In this document: piece after piece, positions 16,200-26,490 of the stretch
Numbering within the stretch: the first letter of the stretch is position 1
Layout of the letters: each line of letters starts with the position of its first letter
Source of the DNA: an uncultured Bacilli bacterium
Lineage (GTDB): Bacteria; Bacillota_I; Bacilli_A; RFN20; CAG-631
Direction of reading: 5' to 3'
DNA: 64,000 nt
Assembly: GCA_947626825.1 (NCBI GenBank)
Contig: CANQTM010000004.1
Location: 10,074-74,073 of the forward strand
The notes under the pieces: generated by a model
The model's input: the letters and a program-made list of their open reading frames with translations, nothing else
Database searches by the model: none
What the model was told of the DNA's origin: nothing
Position numbers and translations under genes: made by a program

Positions 16200-18281
16200 A
16201 TGCAAAATAAAAGCAGACCAATAACAGATTTAAGAGATACAAATAAAATATCAAATATTTGTCATGAAGAAAATGAACCAATTTTTATTACAAAAAATGG
16301 TTATGATGACTTAGTAATAATGTCAAATGAAACATATAATTCATTAAATAATACAAAAGAGAAAATAAGTTTTCCTGAACAATCAAATTGTTTTTCTTTA
16401 ATAAAGGTGGGCTGTGCTAGTAATTTAATTAAATTAGCGTGTCCTTCTGAAAATTCAAAAAACATTATTAATATTATCAAAGAATCTAAAAAATATGATT
16501 TAGATATTTTAGTTTTTCCTGAATTATGTATTACAGGATATTGTTGTGGTGATTTATTTTATCAAAATAGTTTACTTGAATCTTCATATAGTGCAATAGA
16601 AAAAATTAAAAATGCAACTATAGGTATACAAACTTTAATATTTATAGGAGCACCTATTATTTTTAGTGATAAATTATATAATTGCGCTATTGCTATGTGT
16701 AATGGCAATATATTAGGTGTTATTCCGAAAACAAATCTTCCAAATTATAATGAATTTTATGAGAATCGTCATTTTGTTGAATATAATGGTGAAAATACAA
16801 CAATTATAATTAATAATAAACAATATCCTTTTGGAACAAAATTATTATTTTCTAATAAATATCAAACAAATTTAAAAGTAGCAGCTGAAATTTGTGAAGA
16901 TTTGTGGGCTACAAATACACCATCAACATCTCATGCTCTTGCTGGAGCTAATGTCATTGTTAATTTATCTGCATCTAATGAATTATTTGGTAAAGATGAA
17001 ACAAGAAAAACATTAGTACTAGCTACTTCTTATCGTTTAAATTGTGCTTATTTATATTCATCTATTGGCAATGGAGAATCAACACAAGATTTAGTATATT
17101 CAAGTCATAACCTAATTGCTGAAAATGGAAATTTATTAAAAGAAGCTAAATTATTTACTAACGAATTAATTATTTCAGATATTGATCTTGATTTATTGTC
17201 AGCTGCAAGACGTAAAAATAGTTCATTTAAAAGTAAAAAAGATGAAAATTATATGACAATTTATTTTGAAAAGCCTATACCTTTAAGAAATTTAGATCGT
17301 TATGTTAATCCATTTCCATTTTTACCAAGTAACGAAAATCAAACTATTGATTATGCCAAAAAAATAATATATTTACAAGCCATGGGACTTGCCAAAAGAT
17401 TAGAACATATCCAATGTCAAAATGTAGTTATTGGAATTTCAGGAGGTCTTGATTCTACATTAGCTTTAATAGTAGCTTATGAAACTTTTAAATATTTAAA
17501 ATTAAATACTAAAGGTATTCATGCCATTTTAATGCCATGCTTTGGAACTTCAAATAGAACATTTGAAAATTCTCAAAAATTAGCTAAAGCCTTTAATACT
17601 ACTACCAAAGTGATTTCAATTAAAGATTCTGTTACATTACATTTAAATAATTTAAATCATCCACTTGATGTTAATGATGTTGCTTATGAAAATGCCCAAG
17701 CAAGAGAAAGAACTCAAGTATTATTTGATTATTCTAACATGATTAATGGTTTAGTAATTGGAACTGGCGATTTATCAGAACTTGCACTTGGCTGGTGTAC
17801 TTATAATGGTGATCATATGTCAAATTATGGTGTCAATGTATCAGTACCTAAAACATTAGTTAAATTTTTAGTTAAAGCATATGCTAATAGTCATGATAAT
17901 TTAAAAAATGTTTTATATGATATTTTAGATACACCAATTTCTCCTGAATTACTTCCAACTATTGAAGGGCAAATGACACAAGTCACTGAAGATATTATTG
18001 GACCTTATGAATTACATGATTTCTTCTTATATTATCTTTTAAAATATAATTATAGTCTAAAAAAGATTTATTATTATGCAAAAGCAGCTTTTAAAAACAA
18101 ATATGATGATGAAACAATAAAAAAATGGTTAAAGACCTTTATTAAAAGATTCTTTAACTCACAATTTAAACGTTCTTGCATTCCTGATGGTCCAAAAGTA
18201 ACTGAAATTTCTTTATCTCCAAGAGGTGATTTAAGAATGCCAAGTGATGCTTCATATTTTGATTTTATAGATCAATTTTAG
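16200..18281 (+). CDS. nadE: Glutamine-dependent NAD+ synthetase (CN-hydrolase domain plus NadE PP-loop domain) with an in-frame N-terminal Phd/YefM antitoxin-like domain
   Basis: Nitrilase-like domain (VFPELCITGY...) and PP-loop VIGISGGLDSTLA. The first ~60 aa (SRPITDLRDTNKISNICHEENEPIFITKNGYDDLVIMSNETYNSLNN) align by eye to YefM/Phd N-terminal halves. GGAGGTG RBS 5 nt before ATG 16200; TGCTAAAAT -10 at about 16173. Confidence 0.8.
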   Translation: MQNKSRPITDLRDTNKISNICHEENEPIFITKNGYDDLVIMSNETYNSLNNTKEKISFPEQSNCFSLIKVGCASNLIKLACPSENSKNIINIIKESKKYDLDILVFPELCITGYCCGDLFYQNSLLESSYSAIEKIKNATIGIQTLIFIGAPIIFSDKLYNCAIAMCNGNILGVIPKTNLPNYNEFYENRHFVEYNGENTTIIINNKQYPFGTKLLFSNKYQTNLKVAAEICEDLWATNTPSTSHALAGANVIVNLSASNELFGKDETRKTLVLATSYRLNCAYLYSSIGNGESTQDLVYSSHNLIAENGNLLKEAKLFTNELIISDIDLDLLSAARRKNSSFKSKKDENYMTIYFEKPIPLRNLDRYVNPFPFLPSNENQTIDYAKKIIYLQAMGLAKRLEHIQCQNVVIGISGGLDSTLALIVAYETFKYLKLNTKGIHAILMPCFGTSNRTFENSQKLAKAFNTTTKVISIKDSVTLHLNNLNHPLDVNDVAYENAQARERTQVLFDYSNMINGLVIGTGDLSELALGWCTYNGDHMSNYGVNVSVPKTLVKFLVKAYANSHDNLKNVLYDILDTPISPELLPTIEGQMTQVTEDIIGPYELHDFFLYYLLKYNYSLKKIYYYAKAAFKNKYDDETIKKWLKTFIKRFFNSQFKRSCIPDGPKVTEISLSPRGDLRMPSDASYFDFIDQF

Positions 18282-18999
18282 AAAAAACTTCGCCAATTGG
18301 TTCATTAATTTCTAAAGTAACTTTTTGTAATGAAGGCAAATGTGTCTTATTAATAACAACTAGATATTTTCCTTTAAAATAAGATACAAATCCTGCTGCT
18401 GGATAAACAGATAAACTACTGCCTCCAACAATAAGCATTTTTGCATTTGAAATTAACTCAATTGCTTTAATAATATTATTTTCATTTAAACTTTCACCAT
18501 ATAAAACGACATCAGGTTTAATAAGATTATGGCATTCATCACATAATGGTAAATGATTATTTTTTAAAATAAAATCATAACCAGCAAAATATTTATTACA
18601 TGAAATACAATGATTATGCATTATAGATCCATGAAGTTCTATAACATTTTTACTTCCAGCTAAATAATGTAAATTATCTATATTTTGGGTGATTAAACCT
18701 TTTAGTTTACCTATTTGTTCCATTTTAGCTAATTGATAATGGGCAATATTTGGTTTTATTCCTTCAACTAAAATTTTATCTTTATAAAAGCGATAAAATT
18801 CATATGGATTTTCATAAAAGAAATCATGGCTTAATATTTCTTCTGGAGGATATTTATAATTTAAATTATATAACCCATCAACACTACGGAAATCTTTAAG
18901 TCCTGATTCTGTTGAAACACCAGCACCACCAAAAAAGACAATATTGTCTACTTCATCTATCATTTTTTGTAATAAAATTATGTCAGCACTTTTTTTCAT
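18265..18999 (-). CDS. NAD-dependent protein deacylase, Sir2 family (CobB-like)
   Basis: FFGGAGVSTESGLKDFRS; QNIDNLH; CxxC...CxxC zinc module (CISCNKY...CDEC). The 3' end overlaps the nadE 3' end by 17 bp, convergently. Confidence 0.8.
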   Translation of the reverse strand: MKKSADIILLQKMIDEVDNIVFFGGAGVSTESGLKDFRSVDGLYNLNYKYPPEEILSHDFFYENPYEFYRFYKDKILVEGIKPNIAHYQLAKMEQIGKLKGLITQNIDNLHYLAGSKNVIELHGSIMHNHCISCNKYFAGYDFILKNNHLPLCDECHNLIKPDVVLYGESLNENNIIKAIELISNAKMLIVGGSSLSVYPAAGFVSYFKGKYLVVINKTHLPSLQKVTLEINEPIGEVFSKIDL

Positions 19000-19191
19000 A
19001 ATTTTATTATAATCATTTTAATGTAATTTGTAAATGGTCCTAAAATTAGGTATTTTTTAAGACAAAAGATTATTTTCTTGTGAAAAAATTTAAGTTTTTT
19101 TTGATAATGTCAAATATTAACATATAAAAAAAAATCATTTACATTTGAAAATTATGTAATATAATAAGAGTTTGAGTAGGAGGAAATTTTC

Positions 19192-19983
19192 ATGCCAGAT
19201 ATTTTTTACGAAGTAACTAGAGACTATTGCACTAGCGTGTATCACTCAGTTGGTAAAAATAATTCTTCATTTCATTTCCATCAACAATTAGAATTACTTT
19301 ACATTGAAAAGGGAAACGTAGATGTTCAAATTAATGATAAGAAAATGACTTTATCTGCAGGACAACTTGCAATTTGTGATTCTTTTGACAATCACCAATA
19401 TAATCATATTGATGATGCTGTTAGCCGTTGTTTGATTATTCCTGTTCAATATTTAAAAAAATATTCAACTTATTTAGAAAACAAATCTTTAAAAGAACAT
19501 TTTATTTTAGATCAAACTCATGCCAAAAAAATATATGATAAAATGTTAGCTGTTGTTGATTCATTAGATAAAAATGAATTTATTTTAGATGGTAATATTT
19601 CAATTTTACTTGGTACAATTATTGATGATAATTTAATTGAAGACAACAATAAAACAAGTTATGATTTAGTAAAAAATATTTTATTATATATTGAAAACAA
19701 TCATAAAAATCCAATTACACTTGATTTAATTGCTAAAAATTTTGGCTATTCTAAATATTATTTTTCTCATTTATTTAATAAATGTTTTCAATGTAATTTA
19801 AATGATTATCTAAATTTAGTACGTTGTCGTCATAGTATTCATTATGTTTTAGATAGTCATATGTCAGTAACTGATGCTGCATTTGCTTCTGGATTTGTTT
19901 CTATGCGAACGTTTTATAGAACATTCAAAAAATATTTTAATATGACTCCAAAAGAATATTTTCATAAAAATAATGCTAAATAA
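19192..19983 (+). CDS. AraC family transcriptional regulator (cupin N-terminus plus AraC HTH)
   Basis: C-terminal HTH_AraC signature (ITLDLIAKNFGYSKYYFSHLFNK...SVTDAAFASGFVSMRTFYRTFKKYF). Confidence 0.75.
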   Translation: MPDIFYEVTRDYCTSVYHSVGKNNSSFHFHQQLELLYIEKGNVDVQINDKKMTLSAGQLAICDSFDNHQYNHIDDAVSRCLIIPVQYLKKYSTYLENKSLKEHFILDQTHAKKIYDKMLAVVDSLDKNEFILDGNISILLGTIIDDNLIEDNNKTSYDLVKNILLYIENNHKNPITLDLIAKNFGYSKYYFSHLFNKCFQCNLNDYLNLVRCRHSIHYVLDSHMSVTDAAFASGFVSMRTFYRTFKKYFNMTPKEYFHKNNAK

Positions 19984-20178
19984 CTATTAGATGATAAGCA
20001 CTAATAGTTATTTTAATTATTGACAAGTTTTTTAGATTAATGATATATTTACTCTTGCAAAATTTTATAAATAAAAGATGTCATTAAATTACTTATTTAT
20101 AAATATGATATACAAAGGATTTATTAAACCAAGTATAGCATAATGAAGTTATATTTGGTTTTTATTTAGGAGGAGCAA

Positions 20179-20763
20179 ATGAATTTTAATTTTACATTTT
20201 TCATAAATAGCATATTATTAGGAATTGGATTAGCTATGGATGCATTTTCAGTTTCTATGGCAAATGGCTTAAATGATATTAAAATGAATAAAAGAAAAAT
20301 CATTTTAATTGCTAGTGTTTTTGCTTTTTTTCAATTTGCAATGCCTATGATTGGTTGGATTTGTCTACATACTATTATTCAATATTTTGAAGCATTTGAA
20401 AATTTCATACCTTGGATTGCTTTAATTTTACTTACATTTATTGGTATAAAAATGATGGTTGAAAGTACTAATGCTAATAAAGAAAACTCAAATATAAAAA
20501 AATTAAGTTTTGGATTATTAATATTACAAGGAATTGCCACATCAATTGATGCTTTATCAGTTGGCTTTACAATTGCTGAATATAATTTATTAATGGCTTT
20601 TATTGCTAGTTTAATAATAGCTATTGTTACATTTTTATTATGTATTATTGGGGTCATTATTGGAAAAAAATTTGGTATGCATTTATCTAATAAGGCCCAA
20701 ATAATTGGAGGAATTATTTTAATAATTATCGGACTTGAAATTTTTATTAAAGGTATTATTTAA
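20179..20763 (+). CDS. mntP: Manganese efflux pump MntP
   Basis: LGIGLAMDAFSVSMANG and SIDALSVGF duplicated motifs plus C-terminal GGIILIIIGLEIF match the MntP architecture. Confidence 0.8.
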   Translation: MNFNFTFFINSILLGIGLAMDAFSVSMANGLNDIKMNKRKIILIASVFAFFQFAMPMIGWICLHTIIQYFEAFENFIPWIALILLTFIGIKMMVESTNANKENSNIKKLSFGLLILQGIATSIDALSVGFTIAEYNLLMAFIASLIIAIVTFLLCIIGVIIGKKFGMHLSNKAQIIGGIILIIIGLEIFIKGII

Positions 20764-20787
20764 AAAAACTGCATATGAAGCAGTTTT

Positions 20788-22446
20788 TTAATTATTTGTA
20801 TTTGGATTAAAAGATGATTTTAACCCACAAGTGCGATTAAAAATCAAATTAGATTTTTTAGAATCTTTATCAACACAGAAATAACCATTTCTTACAAATT
20901 GATAATGAGTTCCTTCTTTACAATCTGCCAAACTACTTTCGACATATCCATGTTTAATTTCCCATGAATTTTTATTTAATCTTTCAATAAATGATTGTCC
21001 TTTTGTTTCTTCTGTTTCATCAAAAATTAATGGATTAAATAAATTAAATGTAGCCTTTAATGAAGTTGTTGCTTCAACAAAATGGATTGTCCCATTTGGT
21101 TTTCTTTCATCAAAACCAGAGCCAGATTTTGTTTTAGGGTCATAAGTACAATGAACTAATGTAACATTACCATTTTCATCTTTTTCAACACTATTTGCTT
21201 TAATAAAATAAGCATGCATTAATCTTACTTCTAATCCTAAAGATAACCTTTTCCATTTTTTGTTTATTTTTTCTTCCATAAAGTCATCTTGTTCAATATA
21301 TAAATATTTTCCAAAAGCAATTTTTCTTGTACCAAGTTGTTCATTTTCCATATTATTTGAAGCATCTAACCATTCAATTTGATTTTCAGGATAATTATCA
21401 ATAACTACTTTTAATGGATTTATAATTGCATTTGGTCTAATGGCTTTTAATTTTAAATCTTCTCTTAAGAAATAATCAAGATTTTCGGCATCTGTTGTAG
21501 AATTGATGCGAGATAAACCAGTATATAAAATAAATTCTTTAATAGCTTCTGGAGTAAAGCCTTTTCTTTTTAAACCAACTAATGTTGGCATTCTTGGATC
21601 ATCATATCCTATAACATAATTACCTTCAACAAGTTGACGTAAATATCTTTTTGACATGATAGTATTAGTTATGTTTAAACGTCCCCATTCATATTGATGA
21701 GGTACATGTTCCATTTCACATTTTTCAACAAACCAATCATATAATGGACGATGATTATCATATTCAATTGAACATAATGAATGAGTAACTCCTTCAAAAG
21801 CATCTTGAAGAGGATGTGCAAAATCATACATTGGATAAATACACCATTTGTCTTTAGTTCTATGATGAGAAACATGTAAAATACGATACATTACTGGATC
21901 TCTCATATTAATATTTGGAGAAGACATGTCAATTTTGGCTCTTAAAGTTTTTTCACCATCTTTAAATTCACCATTTCTCATTCTTTCAAATAAATTCAAA
22001 TTTTCTTCAATAGTTCGATTTCTAAAAGGAGAATTAATGCCTGGTTCAGTTAAAGTTCCACGATATTTTGTCATATCATCTTGTGATAAATCATCAACAT
22101 AAGCTAAACCTTTTTTTATTAACAAAATAGCTTTTTCATAAGTTTTTTCAAAATAATCACTGCCAAAACAAATTAAATCAGGAGTATAACCTAGCCATTT
22201 TAAATCTTCAATAATGGCATTAACATATTCTTCGCCTTCATTAACTGGATTAGTATCATCAAAACGAAGATTAGTTTTACCATTAAAACATTTTGCAAGT
22301 TCAAAATCATTTATAATGGCTCTTGCATGACCAATATGTAAATAAGCATTTGGTTCTGGTGGAAAACGAGTAACAATTTGATTTACCTTTCCATCTTTTA
22401 AATCTTTTTCCATTATTGTTTTAATAAAATTATTAATTTCAGCCAT
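20788..22446 (-). CDS. glnS: Glutamine--tRNA ligase
   Basis: RFPPEPNAYLHIGHARA (HIGH), IMSKR (KMSKS); 552 aa, GlnRS-like length and C-terminal anticodon-binding beta-barrels. Confidence 0.8.
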   Translation of the reverse strand: MAEINNFIKTIMEKDLKDGKVNQIVTRFPPEPNAYLHIGHARAIINDFELAKCFNGKTNLRFDDTNPVNEGEEYVNAIIEDLKWLGYTPDLICFGSDYFEKTYEKAILLIKKGLAYVDDLSQDDMTKYRGTLTEPGINSPFRNRTIEENLNLFERMRNGEFKDGEKTLRAKIDMSSPNINMRDPVMYRILHVSHHRTKDKWCIYPMYDFAHPLQDAFEGVTHSLCSIEYDNHRPLYDWFVEKCEMEHVPHQYEWGRLNITNTIMSKRYLRQLVEGNYVIGYDDPRMPTLVGLKRKGFTPEAIKEFILYTGLSRINSTTDAENLDYFLREDLKLKAIRPNAIINPLKVVIDNYPENQIEWLDASNNMENEQLGTRKIAFGKYLYIEQDDFMEEKINKKWKRLSLGLEVRLMHAYFIKANSVEKDENGNVTLVHCTYDPKTKSGSGFDERKPNGTIHFVEATTSLKATFNLFNPLIFDETEETKGQSFIERLNKNSWEIKHGYVESSLADCKEGTHYQFVRNGYFCVDKDSKKSNLIFNRTCGLKSSFNPNTNN

Positions 22447-22558
22447 AAAATCAACTCCTAACCGCTAAAATTATATAATATTTAAAATGAAAAATAAATA
22501 TCAATTAAAAAAAATACAACCTATTGCTAGATTGTATCTAAAATTTAATTGTCTTTAA

Positions 22559-22918
22559 TTATTTTTTATTATCTTTGTCTTCTTTAGTGTAATCTTCATC
22601 ATAAACAGCACTAACAGTTTTTCCTGCTAAATAAGTTACAACTAAAGCTTCTACTTTCTTACCAGCATCCCATCTAGCTTCAACATCTTCAAAAGTTTTG
22701 CAGCCATTAACATATACTTCTGCGCCAGTACTTAAAATTACTAAATCTATTGTTGGAGTTCCATATTTATCATGAACTTCTTCAATTGTCCATGGTTCAT
22801 TTGCTTTAACAGCTTCGTTAATTTTATCAGCATCTTTTTGACTAACACCACAACCTGTTAAAGCTAAAGCGCATGCTAAACACAAACCAGTTAATAAACC
22901 TTTTAATCCTTTTTTCAT
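22559..22918 (-). CDS. Small lipoprotein of unknown function
   Basis: Lipobox LALTGCGVS. Confidence 0.5.
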   Translation of the reverse strand: MKKGLKGLLTGLCLACALALTGCGVSQKDADKINEAVKANEPWTIEEVHDKYGTPTIDLVILSTGAEVYVNGCKTFEDVEARWDAGKKVEALVVTYLAGKTVSAVYDEDYTKEDKDNKK

Positions 22919-23068
22919 AAATTTTTTTCTCCTTTTTTATTATTATGATATTTTTATAAAATTTGCTTTGAGAAAATTTTCTCTTTGCGTTAAGTAGTAT
23001 ACCACAATAAAAAAATAAGTAAACCAAAATACATTTTTATAAGCAATTGTTTTGAAAATAAATCAACA

Positions 23069-23938
23069 TTATTTTAAAAGTTGTTGCATATCAAAAGGCA
23101 ATTTATTTTCTATTTCTAATTGTGTTTTTAATATAGGATGAACAAACTTTAATCTAAATGAATGTAGCGCCACTCTATTTATTAATTTGGTATTTCCTCC
23201 ATATAAAACATCACCAAGTAAAGGATGATTTATATAACTTGTGTGAATTCTTATTTGATGAGTTCGTCCTGTAATTAATGTAAATAATACACTACTATAA
23301 TTTTCATATTCTTTTATTAGTTCATATTTTGTAATGGCTTTTTTACCTGTTTTAGAAATACACATTTTATTATTTATATGCCTATCTGTGGCAATGCTTG
23401 CTTTAATTTGACCATTTTTATTAGTTAATTTACCTTCAACTATGCCAATATATTGTTTAGTTATTAAATTTTCTTCTAATTTTTTTAGCATTATTGCTTC
23501 TGTTAAAAAATCTTTTGCAAAAATAACAAGACCTGTAGTTTCTTTATCAAGACGATGTAAATATCTAACTTTTCTATTAATATTATTTTGTTTATAATAA
23601 TTTGCAACCAAATTAACTAAAGTTCCATTTTTTTCTTTATTATCAGGATGAACTAACATATTTAATGGTTTATTAACTATTAAAAGATAATCATCTTCAT
23701 AAACAATATCTAATTTTTCATTTAAACATTTATAATCAATTTCTTCAGCAATCTTAAAAGACAAAATATCATTTTCTTTTAAAATAGTTTCTAAAGGTTG
23801 ATAGATATTATTAATAAAAGATGTTTTATTAACTCTTATTTCTTCAACTTTACCACGACCAACATTATTTATTTTTAAAAATTCTTTGATAGTTTTATTT
23901 TTATATTCTAAATTAATTTTTATTTTGATGTATTCCAT
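23069..23938 (-). CDS. RluA-family 23S rRNA pseudouridine synthase (S4-like N-terminal domain)
   Basis: HRLDKETTGLVIFAK catalytic motif. Confidence 0.75.
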   Translation of the reverse strand: MEYIKIKINLEYKNKTIKEFLKINNVGRGKVEEIRVNKTSFINNIYQPLETILKENDILSFKIAEEIDYKCLNEKLDIVYEDDYLLIVNKPLNMLVHPDNKEKNGTLVNLVANYYKQNNINRKVRYLHRLDKETTGLVIFAKDFLTEAIMLKKLEENLITKQYIGIVEGKLTNKNGQIKASIATDRHINNKMCISKTGKKAITKYELIKEYENYSSVLFTLITGRTHQIRIHTSYINHPLLGDVLYGGNTKLINRVALHSFRLKFVHPILKTQLEIENKLPFDMQQLLK

Positions 23939-24198
23939 TAATTATCATCCTTTTCTTAGTCATTATAGCATGTTTTTAAAGAAAAAACGCAAAATTTTCT
24001 TTACACCAGGTCAAATTTGTAGTAATATATTAAAGCGTGAAATCGCAGCACATATATACTATCTGTCATGTGGTCTTCAACAAAAAGTTTTATAAGTAGC
24101 TTAGCTGAAAGTGAAAATATTAGTGAAGATATTCGAGAATGGAATATATGCCAATAGTGATTTATTGCATAACATCAATATTAGGAGGAAAAAAGATT

Positions 24199-24810
24199 AT
24201 GTCACGTTACACAGGTTCTATATGGAAACTTTCAAGAAGAACTGGTTATTCAATTCTAGAAACTGGAAAAGAATTAGCAAAACGTCCTTATGCACCAGGC
24301 CCTCATGGAAAAGATAAAAGAAAAAAAGTTTCTGAATATGGAAAACAAATTAATGAAAAACAAAAAATCAGATATATCTATGGCGTATCTGAAAGACAAT
24401 TCCGTCGTTTATTTGCCATTGCAAAAAAATCAAATGGTGTTACTGGAGAAGAATTTTTAAAGATTCTAGAATCAAGGCTTGATAATTTAGTATACCGTAT
24501 GAGCATTGCTAGAACAAGAAGATTAGCTAGACAATTAGTTACTCATGGTCACATTCTTGTTGATGGCAAAAAAGTTGATATTTGTTCATATCTTGTAAAA
24601 CCAGGTCAAGTTATTTCAGTTAAAGAAAGTTCATCTAAAATTGTTCCAATTACTGAATCAGTTGAATTAACTGGTATTACAATTCCAGCTTATGTTACAT
24701 TTGATAAAGAACATTTAAGTGGCTCTTATGTAAGATATCCTGAAAGAAAAGAATTATCTGCTGATATCCATGAAGAATTAGTTGTTGAATTCTACAACAA
24801 AATGTCTTAA
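24199..24810 (+). CDS. rpsD: 30S ribosomal protein S4
   Basis: [37 protein letters not shown]. Start set at the internal ATG with AGGAGG RBS; the track ORF starts 60 nt upstream. Confidence 0.9.
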   Translation: MSRYTGSIWKLSRRTGYSILETGKELAKRPYAPGPHGKDKRKKVSEYGKQINEKQKIRYIYGVSERQFRRLFAIAKKSNGVTGEEFLKILESRLDNLVYRMSIARTRRLARQLVTHGHILVDGKKVDICSYLVKPGQVISVKESSSKIVPITESVELTGITIPAYVTFDKEHLSGSYVRYPERKELSADIHEELVVEFYNKMS

Positions 24811-24822
24811 TAAAACAATTGA

Positions 24823-24856
24823 AACTCTACTTCACAATGAAGTGGAGTTTTTTTTA
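24823..24856 (+). terminator. Rho-independent terminator after rpsD
   Basis: ACTCTACTTCA-caa-TGAAGTGGAGT plus a run of nine T. Confidence 0.55.
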
Positions 24857-24880
24857 AAAAAAAATAGTGGAAAACCACTA
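24856..24880 (-). terminator. Rho-independent terminator of obg (overlaps its stop codon)
   Basis: On the minus strand, TAGTGGttttCCACTA followed by nine T. Confidence 0.45.
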
Positions 24881-26149
24881 TTCAAAATATTCAAATTCAT
24901 AATCACATATTTTTACGGTGTCACCATCTTTAATGCCTGCTTCTTTTAACATTTCCTCAACACCATTATATCTTAATAAACGCATAAATCTTAAAATGCC
25001 AAGATCAGTTGTTAAATTAGCTTTATAAAAAGCTCTTTCAACAGGGCCACCGTAAACAATATAATAACCATTTTCATATTTGATTTTGCAAAAATCTTCT
25101 TGTTTATTTAAATAAACTTTATATTCTTCACTGGCATTAACAATTGAAAATGGAGCTGTATTATCTAATAAATCAGAAATTTTATATATTAATTTTTGTA
25201 AGCCTTCATTTGATAAAGCACTTACTTCTATAATTGGAATATTTTCTTTAAATTTATTTTTGAATTCTTCTAAGAATAATTTAGCTTCAGGAACATCCAT
25301 TTTATTAGCTACAATAATTTGTGGCCTTTCAATCAAAGATGGATTATAAGATTTTAATTCATTTTTTATAATTTGATAATCATTATATGGATCTCTACTT
25401 TCAGTTGATGCCATATCAATAACATGAACTAAAACTCGACATCTTTCAATATGTTTTAAAAAATTAAAACCTAAGCCTTTACCAGTACTTGCACCTTCAA
25501 TAAGTCCTGGAAGATCGGCCATTACAAAATTTTTATCTTCATTTACTCTTACAACACCTAATATAGGATTAAGAGTTGTAAAATGGTAGGCAGCAATTTC
25601 TGGCTTTGCAGCGCTTACTCTAGAAAGTAATGTTGATTTGCCAACTGATGGAAAACCAACTAAGCCAACATCTGCTAATAATTTAAGTTCCATACGAACA
25701 GTAAGTCTTTCACCAAGTTCACCATTTTCAGCAATTTCAGGAACTTGATTTCTTGATGATGCAAAATGGCAATTTCCTTTACCACCTTTACCACCTTTAG
25801 CAACAATAACTTCTTGTCCTACTTTATTAATATCTGCAATCAAATAATTATCACTATCATCAAATACTAATGTTCCTAAAGGAACTTTGACATAACAATC
25901 TTCACCTTTATGGCCATAACATTTTTTATTTTTGCCATTTTCACCATCTTCTGCACGAATTTTTCTTTTATATTTAAATTCAATTAAAGTATTTACATTA
26001 TTGTCGCCAACAAAAATAACAGAACCGCCACGGCCTCCATCACCACCAGCTGGTCCACCTTTTTCAACACATGCTTCACGTCTAAAAGCGATGGCTCCAT
26101 CACCACCATTACCAGCTATAATTTCAACTATCGCTTTATCAATAAACAT
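24878..26149 (-). CDS. obg: GTPase Obg
   Basis: Glycine-rich Obg fold N-terminus (IAGNGGDGAIAFRRE), G domain GFPSVGKSTLL, C-terminal OCT domain. Confidence 0.9.
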   Translation of the reverse strand: MFIDKAIVEIIAGNGGDGAIAFRREACVEKGGPAGGDGGRGGSVIFVGDNNVNTLIEFKYKRKIRAEDGENGKNKKCYGHKGEDCYVKVPLGTLVFDDSDNYLIADINKVGQEVIVAKGGKGGKGNCHFASSRNQVPEIAENGELGERLTVRMELKLLADVGLVGFPSVGKSTLLSRVSAAKPEIAAYHFTTLNPILGVVRVNEDKNFVMADLPGLIEGASTGKGLGFNFLKHIERCRVLVHVIDMASTESRDPYNDYQIIKNELKSYNPSLIERPQIIVANKMDVPEAKLFLEEFKNKFKENIPIIEVSALSNEGLQKLIYKISDLLDNTAPFSIVNASEEYKVYLNKQEDFCKIKYENGYYIVYGGPVERAFYKANLTTDLGILRFMRLLRYNGVEEMLKEAGIKDGDTVKICDYEFEYFE

Positions 26150-26201
26150 AGTGTTACCTCACAAATAAAAAGCCCAAATAGGGCTTTAGTTTAATAATTA
26201 A

Positions 26202-26489
26202 TTATTCAGCTACTGGATAGCAAGAAACTTTTTTCTTATCTCTTCCTAGACGTTCAAATTTAACAACGCCAGATACTGTTGTAAATAATGTATCATCAGC
26301 ACCTTTTAATACGTTTGTACCTGGATGCATTTTAGTACCACGTTGACGATATAAAATTGATCCAGCAGTAACATATTGACCATCAGCTGCTTTAGCACCT
26401 AATCTTTTTGATTCTGAATCACGACCATTTTTTGTAGAACCAGCACCTTTTTTAGATGCGAAGAATTGTAAATTTAACTTTAATAACAT
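26202..26489 (-). CDS. rpmA: 50S ribosomal protein L27 (with Firmicutes-type N-terminal propeptide [10 protein letters not shown] cleaved by Prp)
   Basis: [24 protein letters not shown]...; start set at internal Met. Confidence 0.9.
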   Translation of the reverse strand: MLLKLNLQFFASKKGAGSTKNGRDSESKRLGAKAADGQYVTAGSILYRQRGTKMHPGTNVLKGADDTLFTTVSGVVKFERLGRDKKKVSCYPVAE

Positions 26490-26490
26490 T

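Noticed and set aside
19984-20178. Possible yybP-ykoY (Mn2+) riboswitch upstream of mntP
   Set aside because: None of the conserved aptamer motifs (e.g. GGGGAGUAG-type loops) are visible. The region is almost pure A/T apart from one hairpin. Kept only as a low-interest leader observation.
22447-22558. Possible T-box leader upstream of glnS
   Set aside because: No AGGGUGGNACCGCG-type T-box sequence or specifier/antiterminator architecture. Only a tataat-like -10 and an AGGAG RBS are present.
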